From NCBI GenBank assembly GCA_964612555.1, contig CAZTBW010000004.1:34353-98352 (forward strand): 64,000 bases of DNA, in the 5' to 3' direction. The DNA comes from an uncultured Bdellovibrionales bacterium (GTDB lineage: Bacteria > Bdellovibrionota_C > UBA2361 > SZUA-149 > DAOLCO01). This document shows, piece by piece, positions 37,326 through 46,364 of the stretch. Below the pieces are notes generated by a model. It ran no database searches. It saw only the letters and a program-made list of their open reading frames with translations, and was not told the origin of the DNA. The position numbers were made by a program, and so were the translations under genes. The first letter of the stretch is position 1. Every line of letters starts with the position of its first letter.

Positions 37326-38054
37326 CTACTCCCTCACCTTCATAAAATCCCCAACCAGGGCACCCTGATCTAACACGATAGTCCTTCGATTCAGTTCCTC
37401 AATTAAAGGAATATCATGCGACGCCACCACTACCGTAGCACCACAGCGCTGCGCCTCAAGCAGAAGACTGATCACCGCATAAGTCATGTCGGGGTCAAGA
37501 TTACCGGTTGGCTCATCCGCAAGAATTAAACGCGGTCGGGTAATCAGGGCACGAGCAACCGCAACCCTTTGCTGCTCTCCACCCGAAAGCACCTGAGGAA
37601 GCATCCCTATTTTAGACCCAAGCCCTAGTGCCGTAAGAAGTTTCGCTGCGAGCTCCTCCCGAACATCACGAGCCACTCCCTGCATTTCAAGCGAAAAAGC
37701 CACATTATCAAGAACCGTTCGGGAGCTTAACAACTTGTAATCCTGAAAAATCACACCAAGCTCACTTCTCAGTTCAGGCAGTTGTGCCCTGGTAATAGTT
37801 CGAATATTTCTACCGAGAATCACCCCTTCTCCGTTCGTGACTGTCTCTGCCCCCATTAATATTTTTAAAAAAGTTGATTTTCCCGCTCCACTTGCTCCAG
37901 CCACAAACATAAACTCCCCTTGCTGTACTGAAATACTCAGATCATTCAAAGCACGATGATCGGGAGGATATATCTTACTAACTCCGGAAAGAGAGAAGGC
38001 ATACTCTGTACGCACCCCCTCTTTCACACGAACCGGGTTCGAAGAAACATTCAT
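37326..38054 (-). CDS. ftsE: cell-division ATP-binding protein FtsE
   Basis: [24 protein letters not shown] and [12 protein letters not shown] are present. Confidence 0.92.
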   Translation of the reverse strand: MNVSSNPVRVKEGVRTEYAFSLSGVSKIYPPDHRALNDLSISVQQGEFMFVAGASGAGKSTFLKILMGAETVTNGEGVILGRNIRTITRAQLPELRSELGVIFQDYKLLSSRTVLDNVAFSLEMQGVARDVREELAAKLLTALGLGSKIGMLPQVLSGGEQQRVAVARALITRPRLILADEPTGNLDPDMTYAVISLLLEAQRCGATVVVASHDIPLIEELNRRTIVLDQGALVGDFMKVRE

Positions 38055-38057
38055 GTA

Positions 38058-38621
38058 TTAATTCCTTTTTAGAATTTTGGATGAGGTGATAGAAACCTGA
38101 TAATTCCTACCGGGGGTACAGGAGAAGTTAAATTCACGTTTTCCCCCTGCCTTGATGGTAAACGTATCAGAAGTAATATTTTTTGTACCTCTCGTACCAC
38201 TTTCACTGATACGCAAGCCCAGTGAATAGGCATTACACTTGCTGCTGTTCTCAACAACGGAACGACAACTGCTTGTCCCTGTTTTTCTGATAGAGGCACT
38301 AATCACAGAAGACTTACCACCCGGCGCTTCGTCACCAAGATCAACATCAATCCCAGCCATAAGCCCAAATGTACCAATGCTTGCAATGGCTCCAGTCGGC
38401 ACTCGCTCATTTTTCTCAGAATCAGCACATGGGTCAGTAGAATCAGGTTCCACTTCCCCTTTATCTGTACCTGTAGCTGTTTCCACCACCCCCGCCTCTT
38501 CAGTCCCCTCACAAATACCAGAAGCAGGAAAAAACATATTTACTGTCATAAAAAAAACAGCAAAAGCAAAAATAATATTTTTTGCCGATACTCCACTCAG
38601 ATCAGAAAAGAACAGTTTCAT
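38058..38621 (-). CDS. secreted or membrane-anchored hypothetical protein (187 aa), 3 nt upstream of ftsE
   Basis: N-terminal hydrophobic helix, an acidic Thr/Glu-rich linker and a Ser/Thr-rich beta-type C-terminus with several Cys. I recognise no family. Confidence 0.4.
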   Translation of the reverse strand: MKLFFSDLSGVSAKNIIFAFAVFFMTVNMFFPASGICEGTEEAGVVETATGTDKGEVEPDSTDPCADSEKNERVPTGAIASIGTFGLMAGIDVDLGDEAPGGKSSVISASIRKTGTSSCRSVVENSSKCNAYSLGLRISESGTRGTKNITSDTFTIKAGGKREFNFSCTPGRNYQVSITSSKILKRN

Positions 38622-38748
38622 TTTTCAGCCTCATATTCCATTTGAAAGTAATACCAAAGTAACACTAAGATCACAGCACACACTCAACAAAAATCCCGCC
38701 AGACAAGACTATCCATAAAAAACCTTGCATTCAAGTATGAAAGTACAG

Positions 38749-39750
38749 CTAATGAGAATAACCGAGTTTTTTTGAATCTAATCCGTTTCTCTCAAGAAAG
38801 CCTGACAGGGTTTGAGGGTTTTGGGTCGGGGAATTAGAAGGGACTATGCGTATCAACTGATCGCCCTCAGGGGGAACTACTTCCCCAACAGCTATCATCC
38901 TTGAGGGAAGTCCGTGGCTACTCATTTTCTCCGGCGGCACTCCCGAGGTCACAATAAGGGCATAATCATCCCCGGAAGTTAGTCCTTCAAGGCGATCTTT
39001 TCCGGAAAGTCCTTCAAAATCACAAATCGCTAAAGCTTTCTCTGAAAGCAGAAAATTCACATTACTTGCCTGGCAGATATGCCGGGCATCCTGAAGAAAG
39101 CCGTCACTTACATCTATCATTGATGTCGCGATTCCCTGTAGTGACAACTCCCGTGCCAGTTCTGTTTCAGGGACGGGTCTTCGGTGCGCCTCAAGCGCCT
39201 TCAACTTCAGACTCTCAGGAAGAACACAGTCCCCCTTCAATACACGAAGCCCCATACCCGCCCATCCAACCTCTCTTGAAAGGTACACGGTATCTCCAAC
39301 CTGTGCACCACATCGCAGAATCGGCGCATCTGAAAAACCAAAAACGGAAACCGAAATGCTAAGAGTTCCTGCCCTGACGATATCCCCACCAAATATTTTA
39401 AGCTTCCTTGACTCAAGATATTCTTTAAACCCTTCATAAAGCTGAAGGACTATATCATCTCCCGACTCCGGCACTCCAAGAGAAACCAGAAACCCCAAAG
39501 GCACCCCACCCATAGCGGCAATATCACTTTCATTTACCGCAAGTGCTTTCCAGGCAATATCTTTCATGGATGACCAATCAAACCTGAAGTGAACCCCCTC
39601 TACAAGCATATCACTTGAAAGTAAAAGCTGCTTCGAGCAGACGGTAGAAAGGTCAACACAAGCAGCATCATCCCCGGGTCCCCGCATGCCTGAATCAAAT
39701 TTCTGATCCAGAATCCTTTCCAAAGATGATATCAACTCAAATTCTTTCAT
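38749..39750 (-). CDS. thiL: thiamine-monophosphate kinase
   Basis: AIR-synthase-like fold. The N-terminus FELISSLERIL...GPGDDAACVD is typical of ThiL. Confidence 0.82.
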   Translation of the reverse strand: MKEFELISSLERILDQKFDSGMRGPGDDAACVDLSTVCSKQLLLSSDMLVEGVHFRFDWSSMKDIAWKALAVNESDIAAMGGVPLGFLVSLGVPESGDDIVLQLYEGFKEYLESRKLKIFGGDIVRAGTLSISVSVFGFSDAPILRCGAQVGDTVYLSREVGWAGMGLRVLKGDCVLPESLKLKALEAHRRPVPETELARELSLQGIATSMIDVSDGFLQDARHICQASNVNFLLSEKALAICDFEGLSGKDRLEGLTSGDDYALIVTSGVPPEKMSSHGLPSRMIAVGEVVPPEGDQLIRIVPSNSPTQNPQTLSGFLERNGLDSKKLGYSH

Positions 39751-39759
39751 ATAAACACC

Positions 39760-39787
39760 ACAGTAAGAATTATACAGTAAGAATTAT
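39760..39787. repeat. perfect tandem duplication of 14 nt (acagtaagaattat x2)
   Basis: Read directly in the divergent thiL / 39860 promoter region. Confidence 0.95.
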
Positions 39788-39859
39788 TCTGAAAATATTT
39801 CCCCAAAGCTCAAATATATTCAGCAAACAAACAATAATGCCGTATACCGCACAAAGCGT

Positions 39860-40528
39860 ATGAGTAACGAACGAATCTACAGTGCGGTAATACTATCAGA
39901 GAATCTTAAGAAAGACACCTACTTCAAGTCTTTTCTGAGAAGCTCTTCATTTTTTGCGGTACTGCAACACGTCCACCATTCAGAGATAGCTTCTCGGAGT
40001 GGTCTTTTTGATACCGTCGATCATATTTTCTTTTCTGATGAGCTTTCCGAGACTCTCCTCGGTGAAATAAAAACTAAGATAAAATCCAATTATACTATTT
40101 TAACCAAGCCAAAGATTATCCTGTACTCCTTAAAGGAACATATCCCCAGAAGAAAACTTATCAGAAGCCTGATTGCCGGAGCTAATGCGTTTGTAGTTGC
40201 ACCGTTTACCCATAGCACTCTTGCAGAAGCCTGTGACTTTTCTCAAAAAATCCCTCCTGATGAAGCGTCTCAGACAAGACTCAAAATAGCAGTCAGGATG
40301 ATGATTCAGGATAGCGTTGACGAATCTGAAACCCCTTCTATGGTTCATAAGATACCGGATGAAACAAAGCAGTATTTTAAAGAGCTTGGAGATAAAAACC
40401 TGTCAAGCAACCTGGTACAGTACCTTTCAAATCTCACTCACGTAAACAGAATAGGGACATACGAACATCTCCACACAAAAGTACAAAGATTCATCAAGGA
40501 AAGAATTAAAAATCATCTTGACGGTTAA
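39860..40528 (+). CDS. hypothetical protein with a receiver-like (pseudo-REC) N-terminal half
   Basis: The pattern AVILSEN...VDHIFFSDEL...IILYSL...IAGANAFVVAPFTHSTLAEA follows the CheY-like beta/alpha layout, but the acidic pocket is not canonical. Confidence 0.35.
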   Translation: MSNERIYSAVILSENLKKDTYFKSFLRSSSFFAVLQHVHHSEIASRSGLFDTVDHIFFSDELSETLLGEIKTKIKSNYTILTKPKIILYSLKEHIPRRKLIRSLIAGANAFVVAPFTHSTLAEACDFSQKIPPDEASQTRLKIAVRMMIQDSVDESETPSMVHKIPDETKQYFKELGDKNLSSNLVQYLSNLTHVNRIGTYEHLHTKVQRFIKERIKNHLDG

Positions 40529-40543
40529 TATAAACATCAATAA

Positions 40544-40559
40544 ATGCAAAGACTTGCAT
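40544..40559 (+). terminator. small hairpin 16 nt after the 39860 gene stop (atgcaa-agac-ttgcat); no U-tract
   Basis: 6-bp stem seen directly. Weak as an intrinsic terminator. Confidence 0.25.
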
Positions 40560-40836
40560 AATAATCTATTACAGCCCCGCCTTACGCCAAAAAACATTCA
40601 GATTTAAGTCATTCTGACCGATATCATATCCCAAGTGGGTAGATTTGCTCCAGGCACGAAAAACTTATCCGCGCGGCAGTACTAAAGGTGAAAAGGGATT
40701 ATTCACAAGACGGTAGAAGGATTTACCGATACAAAGGGTGTCACACCAAAAGACAAAGGATTGTCTTTAAGAATTATCTTTGATGACTAATCTCTTTTCA
40801 TTTTTTTTATTATGAGAGTGTTTCCAAGCAGTCCCA

Positions 40837-41679
40837 TTACAAGGAAAATTCTTTAAAACCCCCTAGCTGTTCTTTCAGAACAGACACAACGGAAGGCTTT
40901 CCGGCAACAATACCCAAAAGCAATTGACCTTCTGAATTTGTGACTTTCCTTACCACCTCATAGGCACCCCCCGCTTCGGTAACAAGAATCTCGGTAGCGG
41001 CAATATCCCAGATTTTCATACCAAATTCGATCACCGCAGCTGCCTGCCCTTCAACTGCCCGGGTAGTAGAAAAGATATCGTAATACACTCGCGTAGAAGG
41101 ATACTCTCTCATTATCAGGTCAAACAAGTGCTCATCCCTGCTTCTTTGAAAACAAGATCGTGTACTTAGCGCGATAATTTCCTGAGGGTCGATTTTTGAA
41201 TTACTCAAAAGCTCACTATCATCAATGATAATCTCTCGCTTTCCACAAAACGTACCTCTTCCAAATCCGGCAGTGTACTCAAGCTCAAGCAGGGGATGAG
41301 AAATACCACCCGCAATCGGTCTCCCCTTATAATGTACTCCGATGACAACTCCATAGGTCGGAATACCGTGTACAAGATTCTGCGTACCGTCAACAGGATC
41401 GGTGATCCATTGAAAATCGGCACCGGGATTTACATCATCCCGTTCTTCTCCAACAATTCCATGCTCGGGGTAGTGTTTCAGGACATGGTCACGAATCAAG
41501 TCCTCAACCGCAAAGTCCACGTCCGTAACAAAACTCTGATCTTTCTTCAGCTCTCTTCCAAAACGCTCTGAAACCTTTAATTTTACAAGCTCGCTTGCAG
41601 AACCAAGGAGATCAGACACAGAGGCATATAGCCCGCCAACAACCTGTCCAGAAATCTCACCCCGAACATCATTTTTCAT
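40837..41679 (-). CDS. inositol monophosphatase family protein (SuhB/HisN-like)
   Basis: GIVGEERDD and WITDPVDGTQNLVHG are IMPase motifs. The track start at 41694 is a TTG and the first ATG is at 41679. Confidence 0.85.
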   Translation of the reverse strand: MKNDVRGEISGQVVGGLYASVSDLLGSASELVKLKVSERFGRELKKDQSFVTDVDFAVEDLIRDHVLKHYPEHGIVGEERDDVNPGADFQWITDPVDGTQNLVHGIPTYGVVIGVHYKGRPIAGGISHPLLELEYTAGFGRGTFCGKREIIIDDSELLSNSKIDPQEIIALSTRSCFQRSRDEHLFDLIMREYPSTRVYYDIFSTTRAVEGQAAAVIEFGMKIWDIAATEILVTEAGGAYEVVRKVTNSEGQLLLGIVAGKPSVVSVLKEQLGGFKEFSL

Positions 41680-41700
41680 TACAACCGACAGCAATTAACA

Positions 41701-42387
41701 CTACTCAATAAAAATATACTTATCGAAAAATCCTGCAACTAAAGCACCAAGAGATGGAGCCACAATGAACAACCACAATTGAGCCATTGCCCAGTCTCCA
41801 ACAAATACCGCCTGTGATATACTTCGAGCCGGATTTACAGAAGTGTTGGTAACAGGAATTGAAATCAGATGAATCAACACCAGACACAAACCAATGACCA
41901 GTCCAGCCATTTGCGGGTCTGATTTTCTTGAAGTCACTCTGAGGATAACAAAAAGAAAAAAGAAGGTCATAACCACTTCACAGGTAAAAGCCGAAACAAG
42001 CCCATATCCCCCCGGAGAGTGTTCTCCAAAGCCATTAGCTGCAAAGCCGCCGGCAAGACTGAAACCCGCACTTCCTGAGGCGATCACATACAAGAGACCC
42101 GCTCCAAAAAGAGCACCCAGAACCTGACTTATAATGTACCCCGGAAGAAGCCTCCCATCGAACCTGCCTCCAGCCCAAAGCCCCAAAGTAACCGCAGGGT
42201 TTAAATGACAACCGGAAATCGAACCAATAGCATACGCCATTGTTACCACAGTCAGACCAAAGGCAAGTGACACCCCTAAAAGACCAATTCCCACAGAGGG
42301 AAAAGCAGCAGCTAACACAGCACTCCCGCACCCACCGAGAACCAGCCAGGATGTTCCAAAAAATTCAGCAATAAATTCTTTTTTCAT
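41701..42387 (-). CDS. aqpZ: aquaporin Z
   Basis: Two NPA boxes (HLNPAVTLG and [10 protein letters not shown]). The ATG at 42387 is preceded by GAGGTG. Confidence 0.92.
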   Translation of the reverse strand: MKKEFIAEFFGTSWLVLGGCGSAVLAAAFPSVGIGLLGVSLAFGLTVVTMAYAIGSISGCHLNPAVTLGLWAGGRFDGRLLPGYIISQVLGALFGAGLLYVIASGSAGFSLAGGFAANGFGEHSPGGYGLVSAFTCEVVMTFFFLFVILRVTSRKSDPQMAGLVIGLCLVLIHLISIPVTNTSVNPARSISQAVFVGDWAMAQLWLFIVAPSLGALVAGFFDKYIFIE

Positions 42388-42576
42388 AATCACCTCATGC
42401 TATTATATTGTGACCTCCAAAACCTATACCAGTCCGATCAAACAATCCATACAGTAAAGCCTCTAAACACTTAAAAACTAAGCAATTTATCATGCATTTG
42501 CTATTTTTTTGTGTCTTGGCTACTTTTGGGTGAAATCATTGAAAGAAAGCTCACCAAAAAACGCTGGGGTTGTAAT

Positions 42577-44088
42577 ATGGCAGATAATGTTCTTGAAAAA
42601 ACCGACTACATTTCAGAATCGAGTTATCCCTTATCTGAACTGATACTTGAAAGACTGCGCTCCAAAAGCAGAGAAAAAGAAATCTCACAGTACATCAATG
42701 AAGACCCGGAAAAAGTCGAGGCTTCTGTTTCAGCACTTCTTCCCCGACTTATAAAATCTTTTTATAAAAAGTGCCTCTCATCAAAGACCGCACTATCTGA
42801 CATGATCAGTGAAATCAGAAGATATGAATCGGATAAAGAGTCATACAAAGACAGCAAGATTGTCCTTTTAAGAGAGCTCGATTTTAGAACAGATCAGGGG
42901 TACCTGACACTTGACGCTGTTTTCAAAAAAGACCTGAATAGTGAATTTATTTCATTATCCTCTTTTTCTGAATTAAAGGACGAATCTGATTTCACTCTTA
43001 TAAGCATACTGACCACTTATATTCTCGAAAACATACCTCACTATTTTAAAGACTCTCACTACTCGGCATATGATTTATTAACTTGTCTGAAAGATATCAG
43101 CACTCCACTGCATGCCAAAACCTCTTCAGAACTTTTCGCAGCTCCCCCGGTATTTCTTGATGAGCAAAGTGAGACAGAAACGAAAGAACAAACTTCATGG
43201 CTCTTACCCTTCCTCTTATTGGGCGCCCTCTTGTTGTTAGGTTTTTTAATGTTATTTTCCTTAACCCCAGGCATTAACTCTAAACAAGAAAACATAGCAG
43301 TTTCAGAGCATTCAAAGCTAAGTCTTACAGAACGATTTAACATACGCGTTAAAAAACCTGTCTTGAGCTTTTTAAGTGGGCTGAATAGCAAACTCGAATC
43401 CGGATTACCTTCTCCGGACATTCAGGCTTCTCTCGAAAATAAGCCTCTTCACCTTGAAGCCCTTAGCACCACAGGGTCTGAAAACAATCCGACCCTTAAT
43501 CCAGGTGGAACTAATCCGGATGGAAAAACTACCAAAACGAACGACAAGAAAGAAACCCCATCTCTTGTCACAGAGAGTCCAAAGATCAGCAGTGAGCCAA
43601 AAACTGAATCCGGAGAAAATATCAAATCAGGAGAGGTGGTTCTTGGAAAAGATCAAAAGAAAATTCTGAGCGATTTGAGACTGGATGAAGACATATCTTT
43701 AACAGAATCAAGGCTGATTAGTTTTTCATTAAACGATAATCTTCAGGAACTGACACTTCCTGTTGACTCTTTACGCTTTGGATTTAAAGCCACAGAGTTA
43801 AATGAAAACGACATGAAGCTCCTTTCAGGTCTTTCACTTATCCTGAAAACACTGAACCCAAAATTAATTCAGGTAGTAGGACACACCGATGCCACCGGGC
43901 AGGAATGGGCAAACATAAAAATATCTCTTGAACGGGCAAACACCGTCCGTGATGAATTTATTTCCAATGGAATACCTTCCGGTTCTCTTGTAGTAAAAGG
44001 CATGGGCTCAAGCGAACCCCTTGAAAGTAACGACACTCCCGAGGGCAGATATAAAAATCGACGAGTAGAGTTACGTATCAAAAAGTAG
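42577..44088 (+). CDS. OmpA/MotB-domain protein with an N-terminal cytoplasmic domain and one TM helix
   Basis: The C-terminus VVGHTDATGQEWANIKISLERANTVRDEF...GRYKNRRVELRIKK is an OmpA_C-like domain. TM helix WLLPFLLLGALLLLGFLMLF. The track start at 42511 is a GTG and I use the ATG at 42577. Confidence 0.8.
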   Translation: MADNVLEKTDYISESSYPLSELILERLRSKSREKEISQYINEDPEKVEASVSALLPRLIKSFYKKCLSSKTALSDMISEIRRYESDKESYKDSKIVLLRELDFRTDQGYLTLDAVFKKDLNSEFISLSSFSELKDESDFTLISILTTYILENIPHYFKDSHYSAYDLLTCLKDISTPLHAKTSSELFAAPPVFLDEQSETETKEQTSWLLPFLLLGALLLLGFLMLFSLTPGINSKQENIAVSEHSKLSLTERFNIRVKKPVLSFLSGLNSKLESGLPSPDIQASLENKPLHLEALSTTGSENNPTLNPGGTNPDGKTTKTNDKKETPSLVTESPKISSEPKTESGENIKSGEVVLGKDQKKILSDLRLDEDISLTESRLISFSLNDNLQELTLPVDSLRFGFKATELNENDMKLLSGLSLILKTLNPKLIQVVGHTDATGQEWANIKISLERANTVRDEFISNGIPSGSLVVKGMGSSEPLESNDTPEGRYKNRRVELRIKK

Positions 44089-44126
44089 CGAAAAAAAGAA
44101 GAGCAGAGACATAAAAAACATAAAAT

Positions 44127-44177
44127 CACAAGAACAAGTGCGAGCGCATATCGTATAGCGCTGCACTTGTTCTTGTG
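44127..44177. terminator. strong bidirectional intrinsic terminator between convergent genes
   Basis: CACAAGAACAAGTGCGAGCGC, a loop, then GCGCTGCACTTGTTCTTGTG: about 20 bp with one bulge. It is flanked by A-runs on the plus strand and T-runs on the minus strand. Confidence 0.8.
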
Positions 44178-44183
44178 AAAAAA

Positions 44184-44993
44184 CTATCTGACATTGTACT
44201 TCTTGGCGACCTCCTCCTTCGCCTTGGGAAGACCATTTCTAAGAGCTTCTGAGTTGGTAGCTCTTGCAGGCCAGGTCGTCGGAAGACTAATTCCTTCAGA
44301 AGAAATAACTCTTCTTTCGACATCCCAGAACCATCCCCCGGAAGCAACGCCGACCACTTCCTTACTCTCGTTAAAGACGGGGCAACCCGAGTCTCCAACG
44401 ATTAGAAAAGCGTCTGCGTAAATCTTGTCTCGAGTACTAACGCTCAAAACAGGGGCTGTAAAACTCCTGAGAACTTTAGAACTACCACCAAATCCTGCGA
44501 ACTCGACTAGATCGCTCACTTCACTACAATTTGCAGCAATAGGAGCTGGGGTGATCTCATCTGGAATCCACGCATAGATCAATGCGACATCATTTTTTGC
44601 GTCACTCCATACGCAATCAGACTTCGTTCCCGCCTTTCCATTTGCGTAAACAATTCTGATTGTGTTTATCGAGTTCCATTTTGCAGAAGGATCTTCCTCT
44701 TTATTAGAGGAGACCAGGATATGACGAGCAGTTGCAACCAAGCCATAACTGCCACCTTTGTGCTTTGCCTCAAACTTGTGCACCACCACGGCGCTACCGT
44801 TTCCGAGGTTTGCCACCTCGATTTTCGCAACCGCACCATGGTGAGGAGCTGCCTCCGTCCATTTCCAAAGCTGAGTCTCAGCTCCAACTGGTTTGGCCAC
44901 ATTTGCAACTTGGGTAAGTTGCACTTCCTGCGCCAGTAAAGAATTAAAACCGAAGATAGCCGAAACGGCTACAGTAAACAGAACCTTTTTCAT
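44184..44993 (-). CDS. secreted trypsin-like (S1-type) serine peptidase, divergent
   Basis: Signal peptide MKKVLFTVAVSAIFGFNSLLA. Candidate triad is ATARHILV (His), KNDVALIY (Asp) and GDSGCPVF (Ser). Confidence 0.6.
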   Translation of the reverse strand: MKKVLFTVAVSAIFGFNSLLAQEVQLTQVANVAKPVGAETQLWKWTEAAPHHGAVAKIEVANLGNGSAVVVHKFEAKHKGGSYGLVATARHILVSSNKEEDPSAKWNSINTIRIVYANGKAGTKSDCVWSDAKNDVALIYAWIPDEITPAPIAANCSEVSDLVEFAGFGGSSKVLRSFTAPVLSVSTRDKIYADAFLIVGDSGCPVFNESKEVVGVASGGWFWDVERRVISSEGISLPTTWPARATNSEALRNGLPKAKEEVAKKYNVR

Positions 44994-45101
44994 GTCTCTG
45001 CCCTTTCAAGGGTATGAATGAACTATGGAACAGACAACGAATCCATCCCGACCTCACAAATATAGCAGAATAATAGTATTAAATAAAGCCCCCAGCCCCT
45101 C

Positions 45102-46349
45102 TTATTCCGAAGCCCCCTCTCTATGACCAAGATCAGTCCCCTTACTCCTCTCAAAAAGAAGCAACAAAGAAGCCAAAATCACCAATGCCGTACTGCTTAC
45201 AAGAAGTGCCGTAAAACCATATCTGGTAATAACCTGAAAACCCACTATGGGTGCAAAGACTCCCCGAACACCAGTTAAAAATGTATGTACCGACATATAC
45301 GCCCTGCTCTTCCCTTCAGGGGCGAACTTCGTAACCCATAAATTCCAGGCAACATCACCACCCGCAATGGACACTCCATATATGCAAGCTCCAATGACAA
45401 GAAAAAACCAGCTCCCTGAAAGAAAAAAGGATGACATACCAATAATAAATCCAAAATTTAATATAACCCTGAGAGTAAAAAAGTTAATTTTATCAAACAG
45501 CACTCCCCAGATCATTGAACAGAAAAATCTGGAAATATTTGGTATCACAGACACCAGAAGCGCAATCTCAAACTCGGTCAGTCTTAAACCGTAGGCGGGA
45601 TTTGCAAGATATTCAACCCGAAGGGGAAATATCATCAGATTTCCAAAACCCATAAACATCCAGGTCATAAGTGTAAATCTGAACACCCTGTCAAACTGGA
45701 GCGCCTTAAAGCCATCAATCAGTGCATTGGAAGTTTTTCGTACAATAGGTCGACTTGGAATCTTCAAAAGCAGATATGAGGCACCAATAAAAACCCCTGC
45801 ATAAAGAACTATAAGCAGACTAAAAAAAGAACTATCAATATCAAGAAATATTCCAAAAAAATACGCACCCAAGCCCGCACCAATAATTCGGAACATGGTA
45901 TTAACTGAAAATAAGGCTCCCCTTCTTCTCCCGGGGTAATTATCGGCATATATTTGAGTAATCAGTGGAACAGTAGTGTTCCAGGATGCAAGCGCAATTA
46001 CAAGGAAGAAAGTAATTATGGAAACATCACTGGTACTGAGTACCATCAGACAGGATATTCCGGATACCGCAAAAGAAAGTGAAGCCGCCCTACTTGAAAG
46101 AAAACCAAAACCCGCAACTATCTGAACTATTACAGGACTCAGCAAAAGCCCTATTGCCGGTCCCCCTGCAATAAAAGCTTTACTCCACACCCCGGCAAAC
46201 AACACTCGTTCAAGATAAAGCAGAAAAAAAGTATTTCCGGCAGTCTCTATAACACCCACCAGAAATGATCTCATAATTTCTAAAAGGAAGGTCTTCCTTG
46301 AAATACCATCAAGTTCACGATACACTAAGTAGGTTTTATCCAGTAACAT
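45102..46349 (-). CDS. MFS transporter
   Basis: 415 aa with about 12 TM helices and an MFS-like loop motif (PGRRRGALFS). Confidence 0.75.
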   Translation of the reverse strand: MLLDKTYLVYRELDGISRKTFLLEIMRSFLVGVIETAGNTFFLLYLERVLFAGVWSKAFIAGGPAIGLLLSPVIVQIVAGFGFLSSRAASLSFAVSGISCLMVLSTSDVSIITFFLVIALASWNTTVPLITQIYADNYPGRRRGALFSVNTMFRIIGAGLGAYFFGIFLDIDSSFFSLLIVLYAGVFIGASYLLLKIPSRPIVRKTSNALIDGFKALQFDRVFRFTLMTWMFMGFGNLMIFPLRVEYLANPAYGLRLTEFEIALLVSVIPNISRFFCSMIWGVLFDKINFFTLRVILNFGFIIGMSSFFLSGSWFFLVIGACIYGVSIAGGDVAWNLWVTKFAPEGKSRAYMSVHTFLTGVRGVFAPIVGFQVITRYGFTALLVSSTALVILASLLLLFERSKGTDLGHREGASE

Positions 46350-46364
46350 AGTATTTTCTAAAAG

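Noticed and set aside
39751-39859. TPP (THI-box) riboswitch upstream of thiL.
   Set aside because: I looked for the conserved CUGAGA and ACCUGAUCUGGAUAAUGCCAGCG-type elements on the thiL strand. None is present, and the spacer is only 109 nt and AT-rich.
40529-40836. SRP RNA, tmRNA, RNase P RNA or a tRNA in the long convergent gap.
   Set aside because: There is no GGAAGCAGCC-type SRP domain IV, no GAGGAAAGUCC P4 element, no tRNA-like 3' end and no cloverleaf. It is kept only as a low-confidence sRNA candidate.
42511-42576. N-terminal extensions implied by track M residues at non-ATG codons. These are 42511 (GTG), 11872 (TTG), 18595 (TTG), 19304 (GTG), 29096 (GTG), 41694 (TTG), 42393 (GTG), 48140 (TTG) and 22539 (GTG).
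   Set aside because: In each case a nearby in-frame ATG has a better Shine-Dalgarno, or gives the canonical protein N-terminus. I trimmed these genes, but the true starts remain unverified.
43869-44398. ORFs 43869-44129 (-) and 44126-44398 (-), which span the convergent gene junction.
   Set aside because: They overlap the OmpA-like and S1-like genes out of frame. They also run through the 20-bp terminator hairpin, so they are not credible genes.
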